Notes: generated from the letters alone by a model not told the origin. DNA of 63,118 nucleotides, filler included, from Reticulomyxa filosa (GCA_000512085.1; 24 parts of 24 records of this genome joined end to end with filler, not necessarily neighbours in it), one strand, 5' to 3'. Numbered from the whole stretch's first letter, positions 25,229 through 37,453 are shown. Program-made: numbers and translations.

Positions 25229-26391
25229 TAGTAGTAGTGAGATGACTTGCATTGACACATTTGTCCAAAAAACATTTCATTGATGGTGTTAGCAAGGATG
25301 GTTGATTGTATTGCAAAATCGAAAAAAACACAAACAAACAAGATTGCAGCTTGCCGCAAATAGAGAACACATTGAGCAGCTCTTGAATGACAAAAATGTT
25401 AATTACTCTGGTGTTGTTTTGATTGAGGAACAAGTCCACTGCTGTTGACCACAAGTGTTTGACTTGGACAAGCACTTGATTGCTTTGCGTTTCCCTGTCA
25501 TGTTCACTTGTATTCGCACGTTGTGCACGATGACAAATGTCATTCAATGCAACACTACAGCCCTTCAACAATGTTGCAATGGTCACAGCGTCAGGTAATA
25601 GAAATGCTTCGTGTTGCATTTGATCAAATAGCTCCATGGCCATGGCAATATTCCCTTGCTGCGCGTAGAGATTGATCATACTATTGAACAGCACAACGTC
25701 TTGCACGAGCATTTGCTTCGTGTCATTCGTCCATCCTTCACGATTGGCATTTTCGATTTGTTTCCAAAGGCAATGCCTCTATCAAAGTCCCTGCGCTTTG
25801 TGCAACCGCCAATCAATATCGAATACGTACGTGCGGTCGGAGACATGTGAGGTTGAGACAACATTTTGTCATGCAATATTCCAAATGCTTTATCCAATTG
25901 AAATCGCGATGGGCTTTTTCTTAGAAGACATGATATCACTGCTGTGTATAACAATGTGTCCATTAGTGCATTCTTCTCTGCGTAGTCCACCATCTTGTCC
26001 ATTTGTGACCAATATTTTAACTCGCTACAGCGCTTTATGTACTTTGCTATTAATTGTCTCATTTCAGACTTTGATAAACTTTGCTATTGCTTCCTGTCGC
26101 TTCTATCGTATATATATGTGTGGATGCAAACTCATCCAACCTGCTCCATAATGTTATATTCAATAATTCCTGTTCCAATGCCTCTTTTTCCGTTTTCACG
26201 CTCTCCACTGAATCTACCATCTTACTGTCCTCCCACTTTTTCATTCGCCGCGTTTCGCGCATCGTGTCACGCTTCATCTTCGTTGCTACTGCTTTTGAAA
26301 ACACCGGGATTGATGTCTCTCTTCTTATAGCGTGTCTGACAATGTGAAAATGAGGACCATTTATAAATCGCAAACGCCGGAAGAACTGCAT
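25229..26391 (-). CDS. Pentatricopeptide repeat (PPR) protein with probable mitochondrial targeting peptide; two single-base frameshifts; 3' truncated
   Basis: Arg-rich, acid-poor N-terminus MQFFRRLRF; PPR motifs DTLLYTAVISCL, PTARTYSILIGGC, DVVLFNSMINLYAQQGNIAMAMELFDQM, PDAVTIATLLKGC. Adding one base to the runs at 26080-26082 and 25766-25768 joins the three ORFs. Confidence 0.85.
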
Positions 26392-26779
26392 TTGCAGACG
26401 AATATGAAAGAAAAATTTACTGAAAAAAAAACGGGGTCATGCTATTCAACTTTGCCACGTTTTGAAAAGTTTTGCACAATTCATCTCTTTTGTTCTTCAC
26501 ATCATTTCCGATTTTAGTTTTTTCAACACTTTGCTGTCACGTTTTTTGGTGCGGTTTTCAAACTAGGATGAGGTAAATCAATCTACACAGCAAGGTTGTT
26601 TCACTTTTATTTCAAGAAATGTTGCAAATGAAAACATTTGAAGTGTAATCTCTACGTAGGTCACAAAGATGATTTTTTTATTAGCAGTTTTATTACCGTG
26701 TGGATGTTTTTAAGAAAGGGGGTATGTTGTGGTGTTTTTATTCAAATTTAAGCAAGAAAACAATAAAACAGCCTCAAAA

Positions 26780-27448
26780 ATGGCATTTAACATTGACATT
26801 GAATTAGATATTACTGATAAAATGGTTCTCTTTTTTTTTTTTTTTTTTTTTCTTATTTTATGTTTGAGAAACAAAGGAAACAAAACAGAAATGCACATGT
26901 GATGGTAGAAGCGACAATGTACTGCAAATTACCTCTAACAGAATTACAAAATTTATTGTTCCACCTTGACAGAAAACTGGACTGTGAGAGGATACCCCGT
27001 GAATTTGAAAGTTTTGGTCGCAAGGTATGTGATTGTTTTTTTTCGTGGCAGCCAAAAAAGTGCAAGGAGTTGAAATGAAAGAGAAGGAGGGGTGGCCTTT
27101 TTTTATTTTATTTTATGTGTCAATGGGGGGGGGGGGGGGAAAAAGTTATTAACAGAGAAAGAAGTGACATCAACCACATCATTGCCACGTCTACCCTCTG
27201 CAAATGAGCCCGAAAAAGTAGATTTGTTTTTGAGCCGTTTAGGATGCCTGCCAGCAGCTTTACGTAGCACCGCTCTCCACGATTATTTGGACATGCCATC
27301 TCAAATTCGATTGGGTTTGAAATACGTCGCTGAAAAGTCTCACGGCAAAGCAATAAAGAATGGTTTGCTACAATTGCATCCACGATTTGTCAACAGACCA
27401 CCTATCGCAAGGTTTGTGATTGTGTCTTACAAAAAAAAAAAAAAAAAA
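26780..27448 (+). CDS. Multi-exon hypothetical protein, possibly PX domain followed by the start of a PH domain
   Basis: LPRLPS...KVDLFLSRL...LRSTALHDYLD resembles the PX C-terminal half; IKNGLL resembles a PH first strand; exon phases not fully resolved. Confidence 0.35.
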
Positions 27449-27784
27449 NNNNNNNNNNNNNNNNNNNNNNNNNNNNNNNNNNNNNNNNNNNNTTAATTAA
27501 TTAANNNNNNNNNNNNNNNNNNNNNNNNNNNNNNNNNNNNNNNNNNNNAATTTTCAATATGTTTTGAATCATCCAGATATCCACTTGTGTATAATCGATC
27601 AAATTAAAATAATTCAAAAGTTTAATACACTTGATGGGGATCGATTGAAATTATTACATGTTGTTGTTCAATGTTACAAACGATTTTTTAAGAGATATCA
27701 TTGAACGTGTGAAGACTTATTTTGTGTGATATCAATGAAATTAAATGAACAACAATTGGATATGTTATTGAATTGTTGGAATAA

Positions 27785-28140
27785 ACTGACGTCCCTGTGT
27801 CGGTTGTTCAAAATTAGTATGACCCACTTCATCACAACGATCATGTATTACTCATTTGCCAACATTTGGGAATTGTTTATCAAGCGTATTCCATATTGAG
27901 AACTCAACATGAAATGCTCCGTGATGATGGAGACAATCCAGTTTTAAAAAACAAACAAATCATTGCTTTGAGCAAAAAATACCAAAAAAGTGTGACAAAT
28001 TGTTTTAAAGTAGGGGTTACAAAAAAATATGGGCGTGTTGCCACGATCTAAAAACGTCAATAAAATCAAAATGAATGCGGATTTGTTTGATTGGGAACTG
28101 GAAAAGCAAGATTTTCTTATCATCGATACACTGGACCATT
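27785..28140 (+). pseudogene. Aldo-keto reductase pseudogene fragment (C-terminal half)
   Basis: VPVSVVQN*YDP...GIVYQAYS...LSKKYQKS(fs)QIVLK*GLQKNMGVLPRSKN...NADLFDWEL; TAG at 27815 and 28011 at Trp positions plus a frameshift. Confidence 0.85.
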
Positions 28141-29014
28141 CTATAAGATAAACAAAAGGAATAATCTTAAGTTTTTCATTTTAAATATTTTTATTGTCTG
28201 TTGCACGAATTACAACTCTGATGTAAACACTACTTGGCCAGACTCTTCACTCGATTATATCCTTTTTTTCTTTAAGTCCATACAAAAGAGACTTAAAATT
28301 ATTTTAAAAATGATTTACAAAGAATAAAATATTATGTAAAAATTTAAAAAAGAATTATTGTGAATGTGAAATGAAATGTTTATTATTTTTGTAGCAAGTA
28401 CATTATGATTAATATTAAAAATATATATGTAAATAGAATACACTTAGCTTGGGCAACAATTGAATACATTTTCACACGATAAAATTTATTTTGACATTTA
28501 ATCATATGTACTGATTATATCACATAAATAACACTTTTCAAGAATATTNNNNNNNNNNNNNNNNNNNNNNNNNNNNNNNNNNNNNNNNNNNNTTAATTAA
28601 TTAANNNNNNNNNNNNNNNNNNNNNNNNNNNNNNNNNNNNNNNNNNNNTTGTTGTTGATTCGACAGTATAGATAAGCACTTTGCTGTGCAGCAACGGAGA
28701 AGACAATTTTGGCAGTTAAGGTCAAGGGGGGGGGAGGTCGGTAGGCGCTAGGATGATGTGTATTGTGCTTTGCTTTCTATTGTTTGTTATCGTTGTTGTT
28801 GGGTTTATACACTATGTGATGCGCTTCATTGGAAATCAGGGCTGCAGGGCAAAATTGGAAAAAAAACGCGGAAACATATTTGCTTGAATTTGAAGCGAAA
28901 TCACATCATCATCGCCCTTCCAAAAATTGTCAACAAACTCCCCCTGATCAAAAGTGCGTATTGTTTGCCCATCAACAACTATAACAAATATTTTAAAAAA
29001 AAAAACAACAAACT

Positions 29015-29374
29015 TTGATCAATTTAAACACATTGCTTGGTGTGAATAGTGCTGGAATGACAAAGCAGGCTACTGAAACCGACAAAAATCATAACGCCAA
29101 TGCCAACAAAGAGTTGAAGAAATCTCCATCTCAAAAAAGAGTAACTCATCCGGCGAGGACTTCGTCTTGGACTAAACCACGGTCATCGACTGTGCAAAAT
29201 GTAAACTCTGGATTAAAAAAAACTGCGAATGAAACTAAAACAAAAGTAATGGCAGACTCACATCAGCCTATGAAAAAAATAGACAAGGCTCAACAACCTG
29301 CTTTGAAGAAATCGCGAAGCCAATCACAAACGGCTATTTCTACCTCAAATATAATTAAATCTATTAAACATTAG
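29015..29374 (+). CDS. Hypothetical basic low-complexity protein or terminal exon
   Basis: 119-codon ORF with coding-like composition (K/S/T/Q-rich); no domain recognised. Confidence 0.35.
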   Translation: MINLNTLLGVNSAGMTKQATETDKNHNANANKELKKSPSQKRVTHPARTSSWTKPRSSTVQNVNSGLKKTANETKTKVMADSHQPMKKIDKAQQPALKKSRSQSQTAISTSNIIKSIKH

Positions 29375-30564
29375 ATTACTTATTCTCTCGTGAAATCGTT
29401 GCTGTCAACGATAAATATGGATTTTTATTATTATTATATTCGTTTTGTATTTTTTCTGATTTTTTTTTCATTTTTCAATTAATAAATTTTGTGATTGTTT
29501 TTAATGTTTTAGTTGTAATTGTTCAATTCGGTCTTCCGGTAAAAAACAATCGTAAAAAGTTGGTAGGAAATTTCAAAAGTTTGAAATAGTATAATCAATC
29601 GCAAAAAGATTCTCGAAATAAACATTTTTGCAATTTGTTGAAATCGACACTTTTAAAGAAATTATATCTTGAGTTACAAAAGACTAAACAAATCAAACGA
29701 TCCTTATGACTTTAACAAAGATATTTTTGTCAAAATATTCAAAAAATGAAAAGAGTTAACATTTTTCATCTTCCTCTGTAATGAAAGTTATTTTTAGATT
29801 TGCCGGGTGTGCAAACAATTTAAAAGGTGTTACAAAAAAATATTTTTCTTTGCCCGAAAAATCATTCCTCAATAACCATTAGCCAAACCGGATATTCTAT
29901 TTCGGAAATTTGATGTTCAGAAAATTATTGTTGTATCCTTCGTTAGCCAAAACGTGTGAAAACGATGAAAAAGCGGAATTTTGGTTGTTAAAAAATGTTA
30001 TTCAAGTTATTTTCCGAGAATTGTAAAAAAAACATTTCGAATCTTAATCCAGCAAAAAAAAGGACACATGTACAAAAAAAAAAGAAAAAAAATACAGTTT
30101 TTTTTTATGAACAGAAAGCGTCACTCACAATGAAATAATTGCATTTTTGTCCTTTCACCTCAAAACACAAAGAAGAAAAAAGCAGTAAGGCAAGGGCAAA
30201 GGAAAAAAAAGCCAAGGAAAAAAAAACAAAAAAACAAAAAAAAACCAACAACCAAACAAACTAAGTAAATCTCATCCAAAGATGATCTTTCACCAAAGAG
30301 ACGAAAGAAAACAAATCAAAACGTATCAATGCAAATTTTTTTTTTTTTTTTTAAGTAACATTTAAAAAAAATCATTATTTATAATAAAATTGTAAGTCAA
30401 GTATGTGTCATTTGTGTCCTTTTTTTTTTTAATTTTTCAATCAATTCCATTGTTTTCTTTTTTTNNNNNNNNNNNNNNNNNNNNNNNNNNNNNNNNNNNN
30501 NNNNNNNNTTAATTAATTAANNNNNNNNNNNNNNNNNNNNNNNNNNNNNNNNNNNNNNNNNNNN

Positions 30565-31626
30565 GTACACACGTGAGAAGATGAAATTTATTTTTTAGTT
30601 CTTGTTTAATGGAGGCATGATACGCGCCCATATCAGTTCCCAAAATGCAAAAGCGAATCCAATGAAGCATCCGAAGTCGCTCTTTTTCACTGACATTTTT
30701 CAGCCAATTCGCGGAATTGGGCGGTCCTTCCAACAATTGCAATACACTTGCAATGTGGTCATTTTCCAAATACGACTCCGAGTATTTATGGAATAAGTCC
30801 GACTTTGTTTTTTTCTTTGTGTTAACACAAACAAATAAAACAATGAACAAATAGGTTATAATTAAAAAAGATAGAAAAGACATACATGAAAGTCATTGTT
30901 CTTGCCATTGTGTCCAACATCATGACCCGCTGCCGCCATTAACAAGGTTAAGCATTCCAAACTTGAAAACCGTTGCTTTTTTTTTTTTTGATACGTCCAT
31001 GCTTATATTTATACTAATGTACGCACGTATTCAAGTGATAACACAAACAAAAGAGAACTTGAAGAAGAGGCGATTGTAGAAGGACAGTTAGAAATTGCAT
31101 TACATCAGTGGCGTGTACGTTATTGTGATCTTTATTGTTATTGTTATTGTTGTTATTATTATTGTTATTGTTTGTGTTGCACTTTTTTAAAATAAAACAA
31201 AAAAAGAGATTGGAAACATGGATTGCCGCAATATGAATTTTCAATCGCCTCCAAAAAATTGGCACATGCGTCTAATGATATAAGAGGCTCGGAGCCATTT
31301 GTTGTGTGGTGCCATAAACTCTTGAACGGTGGGATATACTTCAAAATATATACACCTAAGATAAGCACAGGCTGCTGTGGCTTGGACAGCTGTCTTGTGA
31401 ATTCAAATGAGTCAAAATAAAAGGATAACATTTTCTTTTCATTCCATTTCTCGCTTTTTTTCCTCATTCTTTCAATCTCCATTATACTTCTTTGCAATGC
31501 TGTCGTCTTTTCTTCCATTTTTTTACTTTCTTTTTTTTTTTGTTTTTTTTTTTTGCTTGGTGTACCTATTTGTCTTAATGGACAATCAAATTCTAAAGCA
31601 ACTCTTACCTGGTTCTGTTGCGCCAT
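30565..31626 (-). CDS. Class I 3',5'-cyclic nucleotide phosphodiesterase, multi-exon, 3' truncated
   Basis: NP|YHNNVHATDV (joined across intron 31130-31217), AAAGHDVGHNGKNN HD signature, YLENDH, ILGTDM. Start codon uncertain. Confidence 0.92.
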
Positions 31627-32525
31627 TTTGGCGTGTATTAATCTTATCACAAACCTATTCCAGCCACCACAAGTTGTTTTATGAAAAAATAAATTACAAA
31701 AGATATATTGTCTCATAACTTTGTTAGAGTTCATGGGCAAATCAAAAAAAAAGTTCCAATTGTTAAGAGTTCCTTGTGTCGCTTAACAAGTAGTTGTTTT
31801 GCAAAAACTATTTGTTTTGTGTTGCTCTTTTACAAGAAGGAAAAAAGATCCAAAACGCAAACAAACACGGCTGCTTGGTCGAGAATCTACAAAGTACTTT
31901 TTGACACGAAATTAATAAAAATAAAAAATGCGTCACATCATCTATTAATTGAAATCTATTTGTTTTTTTTCTAATCAAAAATAGAAGAAATATAATCGAA
32001 GAAAAGATTTCTAAATAAATCGTAATTTATTTACATTTTAAAACATTTTTATAATTTTTGCGCTTATGTGAAATAATTTCATGTATGCAGTTAAAGTATT
32101 TTGCTAAATTGAAGGTAATATGCGATAATTTATTTATTTCGTATTCCATAACGATGCATATTTTGAATGTTTTCAATTTTAATAAAAAATGTAATAAAAA
32201 CATAAAACAAGTACTAAATGAAAAAAAAGAGAAATAAATTCGTTGTACAAAATAGTTGATGTTGGAAAAAGGTCGCAGTATATGATAAATGGCCCAGACA
32301 TCAACGTTGGTTGTTGTAGATAAGGAACAGATAAAGCCAGTAACAAGTGTTGAAATACGTGACAAAGAACCCCCGTGTATTGTTCGAAACACACACAAAA
32401 CATAGGTAGTTTGAGCTAACCTCAAACTCAAGCGATTGCCCCTTTCATATTCTTTGCTTACATTCACAACAGCAACAGCAGCAGCGATAGTACCAAACAT
32501 AAATGGAGACAACGACACAAGAAAA

Positions 32526-34484
32526 ATGGAGCAAAAGCATAGAGAGAGTATAGTTTTGGAGAAGGAAGACAGCGAAGAAGAAGAAGAAGTAGAAGGAGAA
32601 GGAGAAGAAGCAAGCGAAGAGAAGTTTGAAGGGAATATATTGGAAAAAAAGTATGGATACGTGTTTGAGGACGAATATGTAAATAGTGAATCATTTCACA
32701 ACGACGCAAAGACGGCACAAATGGAAGCGCGATGCATGGTATGGCAAAACAATAAAACGGAGAAGGGTATCGAAGGGACGTTGATAATAACGAGTTATTT
32801 GTTGAAATTCGAAGCGAATGAAAGTGAAAGCGAAAGTGAAAGTAGCATTGGAATTGGCAAGAAAGTGATACTGGCATTGGGAAGCATTGGAAAAATTTCA
32901 TTTAAAGAAAAGCCACGAGTGAACAAATCCAATGGAAACAAAAGCGTATCCGACTCAATCTACGAAATCGATATAATGACAAGGAGATATCGTCCATTAA
33001 AATTCCAAATCAGCAAATCGAAATATATGGACAACTTAATGGAAATGTTGACAATGTTAGTGTTTCCGAATGATAAGGCCAATTTGTTTGCGTTTCATTA
33101 TTGCAAGAAGCATCCGATTGTGACGTACCAATCTGACAACGAATTACTATTGGGATGGCATACATTTGATATCGAAAAGGAATACAAAAGGATGGGCATT
33201 CCCAAAACAACGAAAACAAAGATATGCGAATATCGAAGGAGCAATGCGAATGCGACATATGAAGTGTGCGATACGTATCCGCGCGTGTTGGTGGTGCCAA
33301 AGGGGATAAGTGATGAACAGATGAAACAGGTAGCATTATTTCGGAGATTGGGACGTATCCCGGCATTGACTTGGAAAGACAGACAATCGAATGTAGCTCT
33401 GTTTCGTTCGAGCCAACCTCAAGTGGGGATGACAAGTCAACGCTGTGCACAAGATGAGGAAATGTTGGAATGCATTGGCAATGCGAATAAAAATGGCACT
33501 GTTTTGTATGTGATGGATGCTCGTCCCAAAATCAATGCGCAATTGAATAAAGCCAAAGGCGCTGGCTTTGAAGATACCACTTTTTATAAAAATATTGTCA
33601 TCGAATTTTTAAATGTGCAAAATATTCACGCCATTAAAAAATCGCGACAGACTTTGGCAAAAATCATTTTCACTCCAAAGTACAAAGATCGAGATTGGTG
33701 GACTCAATTGGCAAATACCGAGTGGCTTGCACATATTCGGTCATTGTTAAAGGCTACGCTTTCCATTGTCAAAGTCATTCGTTTGCAACGTTGTAGCGTG
33801 CTTTGTCATTGCAGCGATGGCTGGGATCGCACTTCTCAACTCTGTTCCTTGGCACAGCTTTGCTTGGATCCATACTATCGCACCATCAAAGGCTTCATTG
33901 TTTTGCTCGAAAAAGATTGGCTCGCTTTTGGTCATCCCTTTGACTGGCGTGTTGGATTTGCCTTGGATGATACTCTCACCGAACGTGAAAAATCACCCAT
34001 TTTTGAACAGTTCATTGACTGCGTTTGGCAATTGACACAACAATTCCCAACTCAGTTTCAATTCACTCCCAACTTTCTTATCGCTTTGCTGGATCAATTA
34101 TATTCTTGTCGCTTTGGCACTTTCTTTGGAAATTGTGAAAAACAAAGAAATGATTTGCAGTTGTCCGAATATACCATCTCTTTGTGGACTTTCCTTCAAA
34201 ACTGTCCTCAAACTTCCTCTTTTGTTAATATCTTTTATAACTCTCAATCGCTCCTCCATCCGCTCATTTTGTTCCCTAAATACCACTCCAAAGCGTTACT
34301 GTTTTGGAACAATTATTATCTACGCTATTGTCCCGAACATTTGATTAATCCTCAACCCATATTTCTTACTACCAACATTACCGAACAGACATTTATACAA
34401 CTCAAAAAAGAACTTGATGATATTAACAGAGAAAATGCCGCGCTCAAACGCAGTCTCAATGTTGTTGAAACAGAAATGGATTGA
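32526..34484 (+). CDS. Myotubularin-family phosphoinositide 3-phosphatase, catalytically intact, intronless
   Basis: PH-GRAM-like GTLIITSYLLKF, CDTYP, FRRLGRIPALTW, RSSQP, DARP, active site HCSDGWDRT, EKDWLAFGHPF, SPIFEQFIDCVWQL, C-terminal coiled coil. First ATG at 32526. Confidence 0.97.
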   Translation: MEQKHRESIVLEKEDSEEEEEVEGEGEEASEEKFEGNILEKKYGYVFEDEYVNSESFHNDAKTAQMEARCMVWQNNKTEKGIEGTLIITSYLLKFEANESESESESSIGIGKKVILALGSIGKISFKEKPRVNKSNGNKSVSDSIYEIDIMTRRYRPLKFQISKSKYMDNLMEMLTMLVFPNDKANLFAFHYCKKHPIVTYQSDNELLLGWHTFDIEKEYKRMGIPKTTKTKICEYRRSNANATYEVCDTYPRVLVVPKGISDEQMKQVALFRRLGRIPALTWKDRQSNVALFRSSQPQVGMTSQRCAQDEEMLECIGNANKNGTVLYVMDARPKINAQLNKAKGAGFEDTTFYKNIVIEFLNVQNIHAIKKSRQTLAKIIFTPKYKDRDWWTQLANTEWLAHIRSLLKATLSIVKVIRLQRCSVLCHCSDGWDRTSQLCSLAQLCLDPYYRTIKGFIVLLEKDWLAFGHPFDWRVGFALDDTLTEREKSPIFEQFIDCVWQLTQQFPTQFQFTPNFLIALLDQLYSCRFGTFFGNCEKQRNDLQLSEYTISLWTFLQNCPQTSSFVNIFYNSQSLLHPLILFPKYHSKALLFWNNYYLRYCPEHLINPQPIFLTTNITEQTFIQLKKELDDINRENAALKRSLNVVETEMD

Positions 34485-35203
34485 TTTCATTCGTTTGAAA
34501 CAAAGGTCTGATTATGAATTTCTACAACAACAAAAAATTATGGCAATTCAACATTTTTATTACTTTTTTTTTCAAGAGCAGAGCTCTTTTTTTCTTTGTT
34601 CTTTTTTTTCAAGTTCAAAGCATTTTGAGGCACATAGGCCGGAGTTTCAACCTTTTCTGGCCACTGTTAAAAAAGATTGTTCGATATTCACACCATCTTT
34701 GACAGAGGTCTTAAAAAGTGGTATTTCATTTTTGAGTTGGCACCATTGACAGCTTTTCTTTGTGCTTTTGCTAAGCCGATTTCATTTCCTAAAACCAAAT
34801 GGATACTCTCCAGCATTTCTTGGGATGCAGGGGTTTGTTTTTTGTTTAGCTTCAATAGAAAAAAAATGTTAAAATCATGATTACCTTTTTTTTTCGTACT
34901 TTTGATGAATAGTGTTTTTTGTTACTTTAAGTTATTTTAAAAAAGATTTTAGATATGAAAGACCTGCATTTAAATTTTCATTTTGAAAAAATAAAAAGTA
35001 AATAAAAAAACTCTTGTGTTGAAAACCTTTTAGGCTAATGATGTTAGCAAACTCTCGCCTGTCTTATTTTGTGGTCAATTCTTCAACCAAATGGAGTGTC
35101 TTGNNNNNNNNNNNNNNNNNNNNNNNNNNNNNNNNNNNNNNNNNNNNTTAATTAATTAANNNNNNNNNNNNNNNNNNNNNNNNNNNNNNNNNNNNNNNNN
35201 NNN

Positions 35204-35457
35204 TAGACGGGCACGATCCAAAACATTATGTTTGCTCCAAAATGGTCAATTAAATAATCACTCGCTGTCAAAATCACGTTATATGCCAGTAACGAACCTA
35301 CCCCCAACAGGTTGCTCACTATGTACACGAAATTACAAGTGTCCCTTGGCACTGGATTTGTTGCAATCCCTGACAAATACGCGACGGATTGCTTATATTG
35401 CTCCACCATTTTTCTTTGGGTAGCGGTGTAAACACCCGATGATGATCTTCCATTCAT
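35204..35457 (-). CDS. Equilibrative nucleoside transporter (SLC29), N-terminal fragment
   Basis: PRDTCNFVYIVSNLLGVGSLLAYNVILTASDY matches the ENT TM1 pattern PxD...GxGxLxxxN...AxDY. Confidence 0.85.
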
Positions 35458-36465
35458 TTTTATTCGTTGGGCTTCGCTTCTTTTGATCTACGCTAAACCT
35501 TTCACGCTCTGTTGCCTATCCTCATTTTTTGGTTACAGTAAATGTATAACCTATGAAAGGCCTTTTTACAATGGAAAATTTTCTTCTTATTTTTATTCGT
35601 TTTAAGTTTAATATCAAAAAGACTAATCCATTACAACTCAAAAGAGAAGGAAAACTGATGGATATTATTTTGTTAGCTCATTTGATAGACTTATCCCATT
35701 GTAAAAACAAAAAATGAGACGATCGCATACTGTAAAACTGTAGTTCTTAGTACAAACAAGTCACTGATCCGTGCTAAAAAAAAACTTTTGACAAGACATG
35801 GGGTAAGTGTCCAGAGCCCACATACTTGACAGTGACACAAGTACTACCCACAAGGCTGGCACGTGCCTTTGGGATCTCGGCCTGTCGTGTGGTCCAAAAA
35901 AACTCTGTCGTAAAATTCCAAACCTTCGAAAGAGATGTTAGATTTGGACACGTTATTCCAATTGGCTCCGTTGTGAGCCACACAGTTGTTTACTAATGTT
36001 TGGCAACCTTCGCAACAAATCTTCGATTTAATACAGGCAAATATCTACTCACAAATTATATGTCAAGCTTTACAAAACAAATTTCATAATTTAGTGATAA
36101 GCTGACCCGCAAAAACATAAAATAAAATATTATTTGAATTTCAAACAAATTTTTAAACTCGTAAGTACTCTTTCTAATTGGTCAATAATTGTCTCTTTTT
36201 CTATTTGCTAAAATAAATACTAATTCAACTGATCAGCACTTGATTCAATAATAATGCAAATTTCTCTATTTCTAAAAAAAAAAATTATACTTACTTTTTT
36301 CGTTACGTTTGCAAAAATTAATCTTCAATTAATCAAATCTTTACTTTATGACAATGTTCATTTCANNNNNNNNNNNNNNNNNNNNNNNNNNNNNNNNNNN
36401 NNNNNNNNNTTAATTAATTAANNNNNNNNNNNNNNNNNNNNNNNNNNNNNNNNNNNNNNNNNNNN

Positions 36466-37453
36466 TGTTGTTGTTGATGTTGCTGTTGATGCTGCTGTTG
36501 CTGACCCTCTCCCTCTGACGGCTGCTCCTGTTTATGGCTATCCTTTTTCACATCGGGCGATGGGATCGATGACGCCTGTGGCCCTGAGCCGCTGCCCTTG
36601 TGTTCACTTCTCTCCGTTGAGCGCGACTTCACGCTTGCCGTGTCCTTTTCTTCCTTTCCTCGTGTCGTCTCTCCGATTTCAGACTCCAACACTGACCGCG
36701 AAGAGGAGGTGCTTGACGCGGAAGACGAGCGCTTCGACGCGCCCGAAGAGGACGAGGACGAGGCCGACGAAGATGAGCCCGACTCTGCCGAAGACGAACG
36801 CGAGCGTCTGCTGTCATTCGAATGTGAACGGCCACGGGTTTGCGCGTCTTTGGATTGTATACATTTATATTTTTATTTTATTTATATATTCATATATTCA
36901 TATATTCATATATTCATATATTCATACATGTAACGTATTTAAGTTCATAAAAAAAGGCTACCTTTATTATTGCCGTTGGACTCTGTTCTTTTGGTCTGCG
37001 TCGTATTACTCCCCTCTCTGTTATCTTCCATTGCCATGTTTTCGCTTGGTCCCATTTGCTGCATTTCTCTTTTTTGTGCTTCGATGATTGGACCGAGTGT
37101 GTCCCACATCCATTGCACAAACTCTATCGATTTGCTGCGACCAAAGAAATCTTCCATGTCATTCACTAAATCTTGCTTGTTACGAGAGTTCCGAATAAGT
37201 AGTGCGACATACTTTCCAATTTTACAAACGTGCAAAAAAAAAAAAAAAGTAAATTGCTACAATATTGTATGTTATAATGCATTTTTTTTGTCTTTTTCTG
37301 CTACACCTCCACTAAGTTTTCGTCTACTACAGTGTCACCAACAACAAAGTGTTGCAGTGTTCCTCGCAATTGACCCTTAAACTTGCCCTCCAAAAATTCT
37401 GTGGGCAAATATTGCACCTCCAGCTTCACTGTTGGATCAGAGATGCTTAACAT
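36466..37453 (-). CDS. PWI-like domain protein (Nab2/ZC3H14/RBM26-type N-terminus) with Ser/Arg-rich and Gln-rich regions; three exons seen
   Basis: Spliced DENLVE|YVALLIRNSRNKQDLVNDMEDFFGRSKSIEFVQWMWDTL; downstream RGRSHSNDSRRSRSSS and poly-Q. Confidence 0.75.
36884..36927 (+). repeat. Intronic 8-bp tandem repeat (ATATTCAT)n
   Basis: About five consecutive copies read directly. Confidence 0.85.

Noticed and set aside
13226-31626. Adenylyl cyclase plus phosphodiesterase as a clustered cAMP system
   Set aside because: They lie on different contigs separated by several spacers; their proximity is arbitrary.
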